A stretch of 64,000 bases of DNA from Epiperipatus broadwayi (lineage: Eukaryota > Animalia > Onychophora): positions 1,116,001 through 1,180,000 of the forward strand of contig JAQFVV010000004.1 in NCBI GenBank assembly GCA_028023455.1, given 5' to 3'. The position numbers and the translations under genes are program-made. Shown here piece after piece: positions 16,154 to 29,800 of the stretch. The notes under the pieces were generated by a model, which had not been told where the DNA came from, ran no database searches, and saw only the letters and a list, made by a program, of their open reading frames with translations. The stretch's first letter is position 1, and each line of letters starts with the position of its first letter.

Positions 16154-19153
16154 TTAAAACTTCTTATAGAAACCCTTCTCTGTTTGGCTAACTGGATTTA
16201 CTCTAACCCATATCTTGTGCCCTTTTCTGAAACTATCAGCTTTTGGACATTTCCTGTCTGTTTTTATGCTGACTGCATACCTTATCCTCAATGTTGCCTT
16301 CTTCTGATCCATCTCTTTATCAATACATTTGGGGATGATTGATAACTTGGCTTGGTACAGTCTCAGCATGGGTTGTGTGAAACCTATGGACTCATTCCTT
16401 GGCCAGTTGATGTAATTAGCCACCCATGGCAATTGTTTCACCCACTCCTTGTGATGTGATGATGTGTACACTCTAAAAAGCCATCCCAATTCTCTCATCA
16501 CCTGTTCACACAAATTTGATTGAAGATTACGAATAGACAACAATATGTTTTGTATTTCCATACTTCTACCCACTCCCTTCATTCAGTTTCTATAAAAGGA
16601 GTCCCATGGTCAGATAAAAATAACCTCAGTTTACTTACTTTAGGGAAATGTTGTGTCTCTAATATTCGTCAGGTGTTTCTTACATTAACCAGGAACATGG
16701 AATGTGTAGACAGCCATTTTTAAAAACATCATAAACTACTAATATGTATCTCATCCTCCGGAACCTAGGTAGTGGCCCATAAAAATCAATAGCTACCAGC
16801 TCACTTGTTTTTTGGGGGGAATTATGGGGTTCAGTGTATCTGTATATGATCATTTTGTAGGTTTTGTCTTCTGGCACACTTCACACCCTTTTAATAAGTT
16901 GGCTATCTGATATCACATACCCATCTGGTAAACCCACACCTTCAACAGTCTTTCTATTTTGTGAACCCCATAGTGGCCATATAAACAATGAATATACATA
17001 GTTAAATTATCTCATAGACCCTTAGGCACTATCATTCTCCACATTTCCTCCTTTATATCCATTAAGTATCACAATACTCCCTGTCTTAAACAATACCTTC
17101 TCCCTTTTTTTTCAGAGTTACTTTCCCTTGACCCATTTTCACTTTCTTTTTTTCTAGATTATCTATAATCCTCTGGTATCTGGAGTCTTGTTCTGTTTAT
17201 CACCTAAATGTCTAAGTTCATCTTCAACAGATATATCTATTTCCATGCCTATCGCCACCAGACTTACATCTTACATCAGCAAATGGCTAGTGAACTCCAG
17301 ACTCAGATTGCAACTTACAGCATCTGCCACCACATTCTGTTCCTTTACAATATTATATAGAGCAGTTGAACTCCTGAAGAAAAAGGCTCCAATGAATTAA
17401 CCTACTATTGATCAGATAGGTGTGGTTAAGGAATTTCCAACTTTTGTGATCGGTTCTATCACCTCTGACCCTACTAGAAATTTCTGCAATCGCTGGAATG
17501 CCCATACCATGGTGATGCCTTCTTCTCTGTTACAGAGTAATTGAGTTCTGAACCTCTTATGGGGCACCTAATGAAATACCTATCTTTCTGAGTTGCTTCA
17601 GTGCTGCACCCAACCCAGATCTGCTGCTATCCACCTATACTATGAAAGTTTTTTTAAAGTCAGGGTAGACCAACATCACCTGGCTCAAAATTTTCTTGAT
17701 GTCTTTGAATAAGACTTCATGTTTGGTCATCCATTCCCATGGAATACTTTTTCATAATAGCTGCAGCAAAGGCTCCATATCTGTTGCAAAGTTCCGGTAA
17801 AATTTATTATAAAAATTACATAGCCTTAGGAATGTCCTAACCTGTCTTATTGACCTAGGGGTTGGGAATTCCCTAATAGCTGGTATTTTATCAGGATGGA
17901 GCTTAATTCCTTTTCTGCTGATCAAATATCCTAAAAAAACTTACTTCTGCTACCACTATAGAGCTTTTTTTATAAATTAATTTGAATGCCCTTGTCCTCA
18001 CATTCTTGTAAAAATATTTGGAGATGTCTTAAATGCCCTCTTGGGTTTTTGGATGCAATGCTGACATCATCCATATAAATGGTAACCAAACTCTATTTCC
18101 AGAGATAGTACTCTGTCCAGGCACTTCACCAACACTTCCCCACTGTTCTTTAAACCATATGGCATTCTGTTAGACTTGTAAGATATGCTGTTATATCTGA
18201 AGGCCATATACTTGCAGTCTTCTGGATGTTGTTTAATGTACCAATAACTGTCCATCAGGTCTAACATTGAAAAAATTTATTTATCAAGGAACCTGTTCAA
18301 TAATTCATTTATAGGTGGATCATTCTGATCAGGTCAGATAACCCTATCCAACTGACTAGCATCTAAACATAGTCTTACTGACCCATACTTTTTTATTATC
18401 ATTAATGGGTTGTTATATGTGATGATCCTTTCATTATAATCCCCCATTTCCTTCATTTGTGGCAATTGTTTTTCATATTGCCTGATGTACTTGATAAGAT
18501 CGTGCCTGATAGGATGTGCCATCAATAATCTTAATTCAGTGTTCATACCCCTCAATTATCTCCTTCCTAACTGAAAAAATTATGTTATATCTCTCTAATA
18601 ATTCTTTCAATGCCTTTTCCCATACCCTTTATCTGCTTTCCTCTTGCTCCATAACTCTGTTTCTGCACTCTCTGTCTTACATTGGATAATATTTACTTCT
18701 TTCTTTTGATCTAAAGTTGAGTACTTCTCCTTCACATGTGTTATTGCCTTTTTTATAGTTGATCAGGCACCCTGTTTTGCGCATGAAGTCTGATCCTTAT
18801 ATTACATCATGTGCAAGTCCTTTCAATATCAGCAAAACATGTTGGATATCTCTCTTTCCTACTCTTATTCATACCCACACTTGTTTTCTCTCTAGTTATG
18901 CTTTTTTATTATTGGGCAATGTTACTAGGGCTTTTCTCACTGGCAGAGTTTGAACATCAGGGGATTGTTGCATCATGTATTCATATACAATCTCAGACAT
19001 GACTGATATTTGACTACTACAGTCAAACAATGCATGCACTTCAATATTATTAATCCATATTGTAGTTTTGGGGCATTCTTGGAATGCAAAATTTATTGCT
19101 TCCATATCCCATTCACAAATAAGATTGACTACTCTTTTCATTTTTATTGCCAT
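16154..19153 (-). pseudogene. pol: gypsy pol pseudogene (protease, RT, RNase H, integrase)
   Basis: ALFDCSSQISV (protease); LDLMDSYW and MPYGLKNSG (RT); GHYGVHK...CEVCQKTK (INT zinc finger); LVAIDFYGPLP...YILVVYDVF and WVKQLPWV (INT core). Many stops and frameshifts. Confidence 0.9.
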
Positions 19154-19507
19154 GGTCTTACTATTTTTTTTTCATATACTTGTCTACTCTTTTCATTTTT
19201 ATTGCCATGGTCTTACTATTTTTTTCACTTCTTAATTCCATATACTTCTATTTCTATCACCTATATCTTGTTTGATTTCTATTTTCTTATTATTTATATT
19301 TCACTAACACATTTTCCAATGTCCTTCCCCCTATTGTCACTTTACCTTCCAAGCTACTTTATTTCCCATCTTTTTGCCTACTTGTTTTCCCCTACCTACA
19401 CATGCAATTTTTTTTTTTTGAAACAATGTTTATATTTAAAATTTTATTCTTTTATAAATTCCTACTCTTATCTCATGTTCTGGGTCACTATCATGGCTCA
19501 TGTGCAT

Positions 19508-19522
19508 CCATGCTGGATGACA
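19508..19522 (-). other. Decayed primer-binding site, tRNA-Lys(CUU)-like
   Basis: TGTCATCCAGCATGG, 1 nt after the 5' LTR; 10/15 identical to TGGCGCCCAACGTGG, with two of the differences at CpG sites. Confidence 0.4.
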
Positions 19523-19523
19523 T

Positions 19524-20849
19524 TGTACCATCCAACAGTATATCTTAGGGTTTATATATTTCATATTCGGTAACCAAATTACATTTGATTTGCTAATTCC
19601 CAAATTAAAATGTATCAAGTAATTTTATCGAATGCAATTATTTTTCCTGGTCACACAACCCCGCTTAACATAACTAAACTTGAATAATAGTGAGGAGAGA
19701 ACCAGCTTTTAATTTATTTGAAAGGCACTAGAATTTTATCCAAGAATTCACTGGCACATCCCCCTATCTTGTTACGATTATCAAATTATTTGCTACACCC
19801 AGAGGCTTGTATTTTCTAATACAGCATCAGCAATTTATTCAGTAAAGTAATAATGGTTGAAGATAAACAATTTTATCCTATTAATAACTAACAAATAGAC
19901 AACAATGTAAGTTATATTCAGGTTTATTAATTCATAATTAAAATATTTATAATATTACTAAGAGAATAAAATATAAAATCAAAATTAAATGGATATTAAA
20001 AATTATTGCTCTTAAGATTTAGATTTTTAGTAGTCTGATTCAACACAACATTGGTATCATTATAGTTCAAGAAAGTGATCATTTCTAATTTATGCAACAA
20101 AGTTTCTTACAGGTAAGTTTCAATTGTTCAATTATATCATTTATAGAATTACCATGAATGGGTTTGTTTATTCTGAGAGGGATCCATTGCACAGTCTTCT
20201 TGCAGCTTGTAGGCAGTCCAGGTTCAAAGCTTCAGGTAGGCAATGGCTTCACTCATGGCATTATTATGACTTCAGGAAGGAAAAAAAATTGGCAAACAAA
20301 TTCTTCTCTAGTCACACATAATCCCATGATTCAAATCATTGGTGAGAGAAGTTTGGCACATTTTATATGACCTTGCAAAGAAAATTAATTTATATCAAAT
20401 GGATATTTCAGGTCACATATAAAACCAGGCAAATAAAAACAAAGATTCTAAGACAACCGACATATAATGTATTCGCTTTTTATAGTCTTCTTGATTTTTA
20501 GTCTGCCATGCACATACTGTTTGGCACCTGTTAACTTTGACAAATTTTATTTATTTTTGTTTAAAAATCATTTTTTCGCTTTGGTCACCATCTTTAATTA
20601 CAGTGATTTCTAATTGATTTAGATAAGAATTTACCCTTACCTTAGCACAAATCAAAGTAACTTTTAGTTATTCTTTTTATCTTTTTTTAAATCTTTTTAA
20701 CTTAATATATATATATGCACAAATTACATTGTTAAAATATATATATATATAATCAGATATTCAAAAAGAAAAAACTTTTTTTTTCAGGAATTTGATAATT
20801 TAAAATTCTAAATTATCAATGCAACTTGTACCAAAACAAATACAGTACA
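19524..20849 (-). repeat. 5' LTR (1326 bp)
   Basis: Direct repeat of 14356-15847. Confidence 0.9.
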
Positions 20850-20879
20850 ATATATATTTAACATAAACTGATCACTTAT

Positions 20880-21058
20880 TATATATGCGTGGGGGAGGAG
20901 GATGGTTTAGACCAACTGATGGGTGCTGATTCAGCACAAAATTTGTATATTGGAGATATCATTTATCTTTTTCACATGTGTGTAGTCATATGTATCAGTT
21001 GTATATGATAGAGTGGATGGCTAAAGAGAACTTGAAAGTCTGGGTTCAAATCCCCTCT
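20880..21058 (+). mobile_element. Family A 3' fragment, HHR mutated (A9G, G12A)
   Basis: CCAACTGATGGGTGCTGATTCAGCACAAAATTTGTATATTGG at 20912-20953; ends GGGTTCAAATCCCC. Confidence 0.75.
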
Positions 21059-21899
21059 AATTAATTAATGATAAATCAGATTTGGCAAATAACTTCCTGA
21101 CAATATTATAGCACTACCCCTGCTTTGCCAGAATAGTTACAAATATAAAGTGATTCTTTATACTTGTCACCTCAGATATTAAAATGACAAACTATTTGGC
21201 ATGTGAGGATTATTTTGTATTTGCAGACATTCTGATAATGAGAGATAAACAATAATATTAACAGTATATGGATAAAGAATAATTAAAAAAGATAAAGAAT
21301 GATAGTGAAGGAAATTTTTTCAAAAATTAAGATTTGAAATTAAGCTAATTAAACAAACTTTTATTTAAAAAAAAAAATTCTTTTTTTTGCTTTTGAATGA
21401 ATCTATTTTGAGTGCATTTTATATTAATATTTGGACTATAAAAACAAAATTAAAGCATTTAAAGTATTAAAATGAAAAAAATTGACAGGCTAATCATGTG
21501 ATTAGTTGCTCTGGAGTTTTGTGATGTTCAAACACCCAACTGATGTTTGAGTGCAACTGTTCCATTTCAATTGACCATATTGAGTTTTTTTGATTTTGAT
21601 TTTAAAAATGTCAGCACATTTCAATTGGTCGTAATTCAGGAATTATAAAAAAAAATTGTGATAGGAATAAAAAAAAGTAAGGGAAGAAAAAAAATGTTTT
21701 AGATAAATTTATATGTGCTTTTGTGAATGTGATAGCAAAAAAAAAAAGCAGAAAATAATCTGAAAATTCATTTATAAAGTATTAATGTAGAGATTAAGTT
21801 GATAATTAGTTGATTGTTCATTTACATTTTAAAAGAAGTGTTGTAGTATGATATATATATATTATAATGAGTGTGAATAGTTTTTAATAAGCTTTTCTG

Positions 21900-22135
21900 A
21901 ATATCCCTATCCCCAGACTGGTTTCTAGCTGTTGGCCTTTATCAGTGAGGTGCTAGGATATTCAGACATTTGATCAAAAAATACCAGCTTATGCCCAGCA
22001 TTTATCTAAGTTAACTATTAAGTAGAAAATCTGAAATTTTCAGACACATATATCTCTTCAAATCCAGCTATATAACTTAAATTGCCATGTGGGACTGAAC
22101 TAAGTTCAGATCTAGAAACCAATCTGAGGATAGGA
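21900..22135 (-). mobile_element. Older family B copy, HHR with G8A
   Basis: Minus strand: CCTCA CTGATAA A GGC CAACA GCT A GAAA CCAG TC TGGGGA (21910-21950), followed on the plus strand by the family B upstream segment (CTGAACTAAGTTCAG). Confidence 0.7.
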
Positions 22136-25100
22136 ATATTTGGAAAAGCTTGTTAAGAGCTATTCATGCTCATTATATAACATTTGTAATACAAGCTTAT
22201 TAAGTTAAGTCATGTGATGTATGATGATAGTCTTGATTACTTTCTGGGGTTTTGGATGATGTGAATATGATTCAACATATTTTAGAACTGACATTGACTT
22301 GTTAGTGACTTTCACTTTCTACTGATAAATATTTCACTGTTGATGAAGTTAGCTTATTGGTTAGTTAATTCTGAAGTTGTACATGGTAGCTATGTTTACA
22401 CTTGGTCAGTGTTAAGAAAAGTATAAGTTAAGGCATGTTTAACATAATTTGTGAAACATGGCTAATTAGTGATTCAATATTCAATAAAAAAAATATATCA
22501 ATATTTGAAAAAAACATGCTATTGAAAATTGTTGGGATTTGGTTTGATATAAAAAAAAATCCAGAAAAAAAATGAACAACAAGTCGAATTAGTGTGACAT
22601 TTTATTGAAAAATATTATAAAAAAGAACTTTGTTGGATTATATATGTCTGGTAGAAGCTAAAAAACAAACAAACATAATGTATATATATTGTATGAGCCA
22701 CAAGCATACAGGGGAAATTCCATGAACTATAGACTGATAATATAAAAGAATAGTTTAGGTAATAGAGTGACTATATAACCACAAATACTAAACCTATAAA
22801 AAATGCTAATGACTTTATTGTGCTGGAGTTCATAAGATATCAAGTGCCTGAACTTCAAGCACCAGAATCAACCTTGGGGTCTCCCTATCCCAAATCAGAA
22901 CTCTGCAAACTGGTTCAAATTGTGCACTAAACCTATGCTTTCTAATGAAGATAGTAGTGCAAATGTTTTCATATTTTATTTTAGAGATACGGATGTGATG
23001 TTACATGTAGTATTAAAAGCTGGGCAATTGATTATGAAATAGTTTATAATAAATTATTTAGGTCTTAATAACTGTTTTAAACAAGAGTAGGATATTTCTG
23101 AACAATAATTATTAGGGATGAAATATTCGAAAAAATATTATTATAATAATATACTGATGTGTTTAGAAGCTGTCGGAATCACAATTTCAAGGAAATGAAG
23201 GTTCGATTATAATGTTTAGTGTTATTAAAGTTGAATAGAATAAAATCACTAATGATGATTTTAAAAATTCTAATATAAATAATGTATTGATAGGAATGAT
23301 AGAAAAAAAATTTCAGAATATGAATTTAAAAGGTGGTGTGAGTTATTTAAAATGGTGTACATTCTGGTGGTTTTAATTATATAGTATTTAAAAGATAAGA
23401 GCGGGTTAAAAGCTTTTTTATGATTTAATTTTATTTTAATTAGTAACTGGCATGGGATGAGACAATTTTTAAAAAATCTGGTCCTTTTTCCCAATAAAAT
23501 AATCAAAATCTATTATTATTAATTAAAGATATTCTAACTTTATCACTTAATTGAATTTAAGTCAAAAGAAAGAGAGGAATTCTTAATCTTTCTGTTTGAT
23601 ATGTAATTTCTGAGATGCAAAGTTCATTAAAACAATATTAAGATTTGCTCAGTTGTGGCAAAGTCTCTCAAGAAGGCGAAATCTCAGAGTTACGATTAGC
23701 TCCTCAAGAGAGAAAAACAATGTTTAATGGACTAATGACTGTAAATAAATAATATTGAAAAGGCTGGGTTGCTAAAATAAAATTAGTCCAGATAAAACGG
23801 AAATTTGTGTAATCATATCTCAAAACATAGGTCTTGAATTATTACGTACATATTCCTATCAGATTGATTTGTCCACCATCTATTTAATCATGAATTTATT
23901 CATTGTCAATATACATATAATTGAATAAAAGAATATATATTTTCCATTTATATTATTAGTAGTATTACGTTATTTTATCTAATAATATAATGGTCAGACT
24001 GTTGATGATATGTAAAACATAATTTTTTCTGTCTGTTATAAGTATGTAAACATTATTTTTCATAAATAAATAAAAGCTTTTGAGATTAATATAATATCAT
24101 TATTTCGCTACTCATGCTAACATTATTACTGATAATACAATTGCCACTATTTTTAGTATAGCTTTAAAGCGCATGTGCATTGGCTTAATCGCTAATATCA
24201 CTATTACAGTATAAAAACATAGCGCTATATAAAATAATATCTCATTATAGCATTTATTATTTATTCTTTCGTCTCTTTTTTTTATTTATTTAATCTTAAA
24301 TCGTTTAAAGTTGAGGAATAATTATATATATATAACGAGGTAATACTTGTTTTAAAACTTATAAAAGATTTGATTGTTATTTGGTGCTTTGTTAGCTAAA
24401 TAAAATAAGAAAGCTTAACACCTTAAAAGAAAAAAATGACCATAAATATGTCAAGGGGCGATCGTAAACATTTAACTTGTACAAGTCATTGTTTTGATTG
24501 TACTTTTATAGGTGTTACTCTGTACGACAAAGATATCTCAACTGTTCAATTACTTTGAAAATATTAACTGTTTTGCTACAATTAATTTTGTTTTGATTTA
24601 AATTTTCAACTGAAAATGGATGAAATTAATCACATTGGTTTTAGAGATTTATTTCAGAAAATTAAAATAATTTAATTTGAGATATTAATTTCGATTGTTT
24701 AGAATAAATAAATTTTAACTCAGCTACGAATAAAAATGGTAATATATAGTATATTCATTATCACCAATTCTTAAGTGGCCATAGTAATTCCAAAAGAAAA
24801 AATTGATGAAAGGTAAAGTAAAAATGTGTTCATTCCGTTGACCACAAATAAATCCCTATACATCTTCACTGTCGATTCTTCAATCCTTTTTATCTTGCCA
24901 TTGTTGCATGATGACTTAATTTCTTCTGCAACAATCTTTTTTTGAAGACTTCAGAATCTTACTTAATTCTAGCTTTCTGCTTGTAATGGTGTACGTCAAT
25001 ATTTTGCAAGTCTCTTGAAGAGTCATTATAATATCCTTGTGTTCTGTCTGTCTGTCTGAAGTACATTGGTTGAAAATTACTATACTAACTTATTACATTT

Positions 25101-25512
25101 ATTTGTCTTGATTTAATTGTGGTATTTCACTTTAATATTAAAAGTTGAAATCATTTCAGCTAATTTTTTTTTTAAAAAAAAAAAACTTAGCACATCTTTG
25201 TTGGGTTTTTATTTGCTGAATAAAGAATTCTTCAAAATTAAGTTAAAAATATTTATTAAGCCCCATATTATGATTTGTTAGATAAAAAAAAAAATTACTA
25301 AAGACAATATCTCTTGTTATTACACATGGATCTTATGTGTAGATGAAACAAAGGATATTCAAACTTTATCTAGTTTCTACATATTTAAAGATGATTAAAT
25401 ATATTCTAGTACGGTATATTTTAAATATTAAAGCCAAAAGAAGTTAAATAATTATTCAATATATATATGTTAAAACGAAGATTTGCACGGGTTAAATATA
25501 TAAAATACATAT

Positions 25513-25616
25513 TTTGCGGGTTCATCCGTGTTAAAAACTTTTAATATTAATATACTGACGTTTCGAAACGTCAGTATATTAATATTAAAAGTTTTTAACA
25601 CGGATGAACCCGCAAA
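25513..25616. repeat. Perfect 104-bp palindrome, no spacer
   Basis: 52-bp arms centred on GACGTTTC|GAAACGTC. Confidence 0.95.
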
Positions 25617-26272
25617 GTATATATATATTATAGACAAATGTTGAAAGAAGAAAGTGTAATTGTGCTTAATAAGTTAATAATTTAAATATTCTTGTAGTGA
25701 AATAATTCCTCTAAAAAAATTTTTTTGTCATAATTTTTAGAATATGAAGATTATTATCATATATAAGATGAGAATCATCTACAGGATGATTGTAATGCCA
25801 TAATTCTGGCATCTAAAAGTACATTCAGAAAATTACTTTAAAAATTATCCCTTAATAGAAGTCTACGTTTGCTTTTATTTATACAAGTCTGATTATAATC
25901 GTTTTTAAAATAGACTTTCTATAAATAAATGTCCATGAGCCTTAAAAATACTATTTAATCAGACTTATACAGAAATATTGATCGTTGTGTAACAAAATTA
26001 AAAATAAATAAATCTAAATTTATCATCATCAAAAAATATGGGCTGGTGTTCATATATTTATGATGCTTTTAACCACTCTAGTTTTTTTTTTTTGTTTGTT
26101 TCTTAAAAGAAGTCTGAGAAAGCGCAAATCAACTCCACACCATCTGCTGCTATTTGTTCATATTATATATGGACAAATGAGGGAGGGGAAATGGTCCTCT
26201 TTTGTTTGTTTCTTTAGTCATATTAAAAATTAGCACTTTAGTTCTCAATCACCATTTACAAAACATCTTTAA

Positions 26273-26864
26273 TTATAAATTTATTTAAACGCACATTGAT
26301 TACGTAAATAATATTCATTAAGGCTGTAGCCTCAAGCACATGCGTATAAAATGCGATAGTAGGGACCTCTACTGGTCTTAAAACCACAAGCTTACTCATT
26401 TGAAGAAAAGAGGGGAACCCCTTCTCTACTTCAAGCTTGTGGTTTTAAGACCTGTAGAGGTCCCTACTATCGCATTTTATACGCATGTGCTTGAGGCTAC
26501 AGCCTTAATGAATATTATTTACGTAATCAATGTGCGTTTAAATAAATTTATAATTACAACTTTAAATTATCGTAATAGATTTCTCACTATAAAATCTTTC
26601 CATTGACTCGTTGTAAATCGAAAGATTTCATGAGTATTAATGTGTAATAAGAAATGTGGACTTAAATAGTGAAGTATTGAATAGCTTCACACTCTCAGAT
26701 TGAACCGCTTCAGCTTCACCTATTTAAATAAAAAGTAGGTTGAAGTAGAGAAGGGGTTCCCCTCTTTTCTTCCAATGAGTAAGCTTGTGGTTTTAAGACC
26801 TGTAGAGGTCCCTACCATCGCATTTTATAAGCATGTGCTTGAGGCTACAGCCTTAATGAATATT
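26273..26864. mobile_element. Fold-back insertion of an unassigned family with a 13-bp TSD
   Basis: AAAACATCTTTAA at 26260-26272 and 26865-26877. 123-bp inverted arms at 26271-26393 and 26433-26555; a third copy at 26740-26864. Confidence 0.8.
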
Positions 26865-29800
26865 AAAACATCTTTAAACAAAACAATTATAACTATCTCA
26901 AAGATTTTTTTTCAATCCCCCCCCCCCATTGACTTTTTATATAATTCTTCATTAAAAGTATTTTGCTTCCAGCCCATTCTCAATTTCCTGAAATGTGTTT
27001 TTTCAAATGCTAGGATTCTTCTCACTGAATGTTTTCTATCTCATATGTTTTATATTTATATGCATAAATATGCTAGTGAATCGCTTGTTTACAACCTAAC
27101 TTCTTTGCTTTTCAAAGCCATAGCTTGCAGAAATATTTAGTTTTTAGCTATTGTTGATTTTATCTGTTTGGTTCTTTTGGAAGTCAAAACTGTTGCTGCT
27201 CTTATATTCCAAGATGTATAATACTTTCCATATTGTTTCGTTTAGTTTCACTAATTTCAATTTTTCACTTCATTTTTTTTCTCCTGAGTTCTTATTGTTT
27301 TGTTTTTAGTCATATTTGTATATAATTCATACATATCTTTACTTAATTTCTCTAATGTTGGATTAATGAATATCTTAAATTATGTATTTACATTCCATTC
27401 ACTATTGTTTCTTTACATTTTTCTTTGTTCTTATTGCTTACTCTTTCTAGATGTGTAACAAATATGCTTTGATGGAATTGAATCTTTATTTTTATCCCTT
27501 TTCCAATTTTAAACTAGTTTCATTTTTTTACATAGTTTTATGGCTACTTGTGAATTATTATAGGTATTATTTAATTAAAAGAGTAATAAGTTTATTAACT
27601 ATATCATATGGTTTAAGTAATTATCAAGCTATTTTTTAGTCAATGCTGTCAAAGATTTTCTGAAAATCAAAAAAATCCAAATATAATTTTTTTTTTTTTT
27701 TTGCTTTCTGGATTTTTAGTAATGAGATAGACTGATAATCGCATAGTATGTCTATATTTTCTAATTCATTAGTTCAATTGTCAATTGTTGCTCTACCATG
27801 CCTTTTAATCATTCATTTTAGAGACTTTTCCTTAAATACTATGCATCAGTTCTTATAATAAGTTTGAAATTCAAATTAGTAATTTTAGGTTTAACCAACA
27901 TTAAAATTTAACATGTGTAATAGTTGCTTCTGAAGCATGAATTTCAAATTTCATGCAAATTTGTTTGAATTAGGATCTACTTTTGATGTATCATTAGAAA
28001 CTACTCATAAATGCATAAATTAATATGACCATTTCTCATCGTAGAAGAAGGAAAAGCAAAGTTGCAAAGGCAAAGAATAAAAAGTTAAGAACAGATATTG
28101 TGATTACTTTCCTAACCAATTCATGAAACAAATATTTCTACTTATTGCAAATACCGGTTCTGTAATCATCTTAAATTTCTGTAATCATCTTTAATCCTAC
28201 TATCTATTTAGTCATGGAGTGTCTTAAATTTTGCCCACTAGTATGTTCTTATAAATGCAGTGAATATTATTAATTTCTTTTACATTCCGATTCCCATTGA
28301 TAATATAATCCACAGAATGCCTTTATTTTAAGAATAGGTGCATCGAAATTCTTTTTTAATAATTGTTTAAGCTTAAACAAAATTTTGAGTACTCAATCAA
28401 CTCACATAATGTGCCAAACTTTATTAATATGCTTTATAATTAGCTATTTTTACTAAGGTAGACGAAAAAAGTCTTATAATCATACTGTCACTATTTGCTT
28501 TCTCAATGATTCTTAAGAAGTTGGTCTACTCATATATGTTTACATACAAAAAATAAAAAATTCCTGTCATATAATTTAAAGATGAGCAAAAACATATAAT
28601 CCTGCTGACATAATTAGTATATGCAGATTATTAATAGTATGATCCTCATGAAACCTAAACCCTATGCCAACCTAAGAAATAAGGCTTTTTATTAACTTTT
28701 TGAATCTATTATTGGATTATATGCAATGTGTAGATAATTAAATCAAGTTTTAATATTATTTTTTCATCGGTATATCTGGTTAGACTTCACTGCAATTGCA
28801 GTATCACACAATCTACCTTCATTCAATCTGATTTTTCAAAAAATATTCTAATCATCCAGCTGATTAGTATCCACTGGAAGATGAGTTTTGCTAAAAGCAG
28901 ATATATCATCCTACCGTGATAGTTTTCTTAGTTACAAGCACTGTTCTACATTCGGATTTCAAAGAATTTCTTTAAAAAGTGGGCTATCTAATTCATTTGA
29001 ATATATTTACATAAATTTACATCCTATTTATATCCACAACTCTAACTATCAACTACTTATTGCTATAAATATGATATAACCAAGATATTGAAAGCACTTA
29101 CCTCAAGTTAAGATACATCTACACTAAAGCTTTTCATACTGCGTGTTTCTAGTACTTAGAATTTAATTACAATTTATTTAAGAACAAACAAAATTTATAT
29201 ATTCTGTGTATCATTATTTTTTTTTTTAAAATACTTGCTTTTATTATTACAACTATTTGCAGTCATTTCAATATTACTACACTGATATTAAAACAATTTG
29301 ACATTTAAATGAACAATATACCAACCATAGTAAATCAGTAAATTATGTAGATTATGTGAGTCATATCCTCTCCAAATTCAATTCCACATAATTTTATTAT
29401 TGATTATAATGTCTTATGCAAGGTCATCTCTAAGGATATTCAGTCTATTAAAAAACTTATACTCGCAACTGCTTTTCGTTATTGAAAATTTTATATGCTT
29501 GCATATGCATATGTATATACTAAAGACAAAAAAAAAACAAAGACAAGAATTGCTGTGTATGTAATTTAAAATGGAAATATGGTTACATGAATATGCAATC
29601 CCATTGACACATTTGGAGTAGAAAGATAGTTGATGACAAGAAAGACTCATATGGCCATGTTTTATTGTAATCTGAAGATAATAAGGTTAAAAAATAAAAA
29701 TATGAATAGATAATAAAAAAAGGAAGACAGAAAAATGTTGTTTATATCAGAAAAAATATTTAGTTAATATCTTATCTCAAAAACTCTTCAAAAAATAGTC

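Larger units (their letters stand above)
14356..20849 (-). mobile_element. Ty3/gypsy LTR retrotransposon, two LTRs, decayed
   Basis: Direct LTRs with TGTA...TACA ends, flanked by ATAT(AT) on both sides. Internal order PR-RT-RH-INT on the minus strand. Confidence 0.92.

Noticed and set aside
24740-25060. Coding-looking minus-strand segment
   Set aside because: Open stretches switch frame and contain stops; no recognisable motif.
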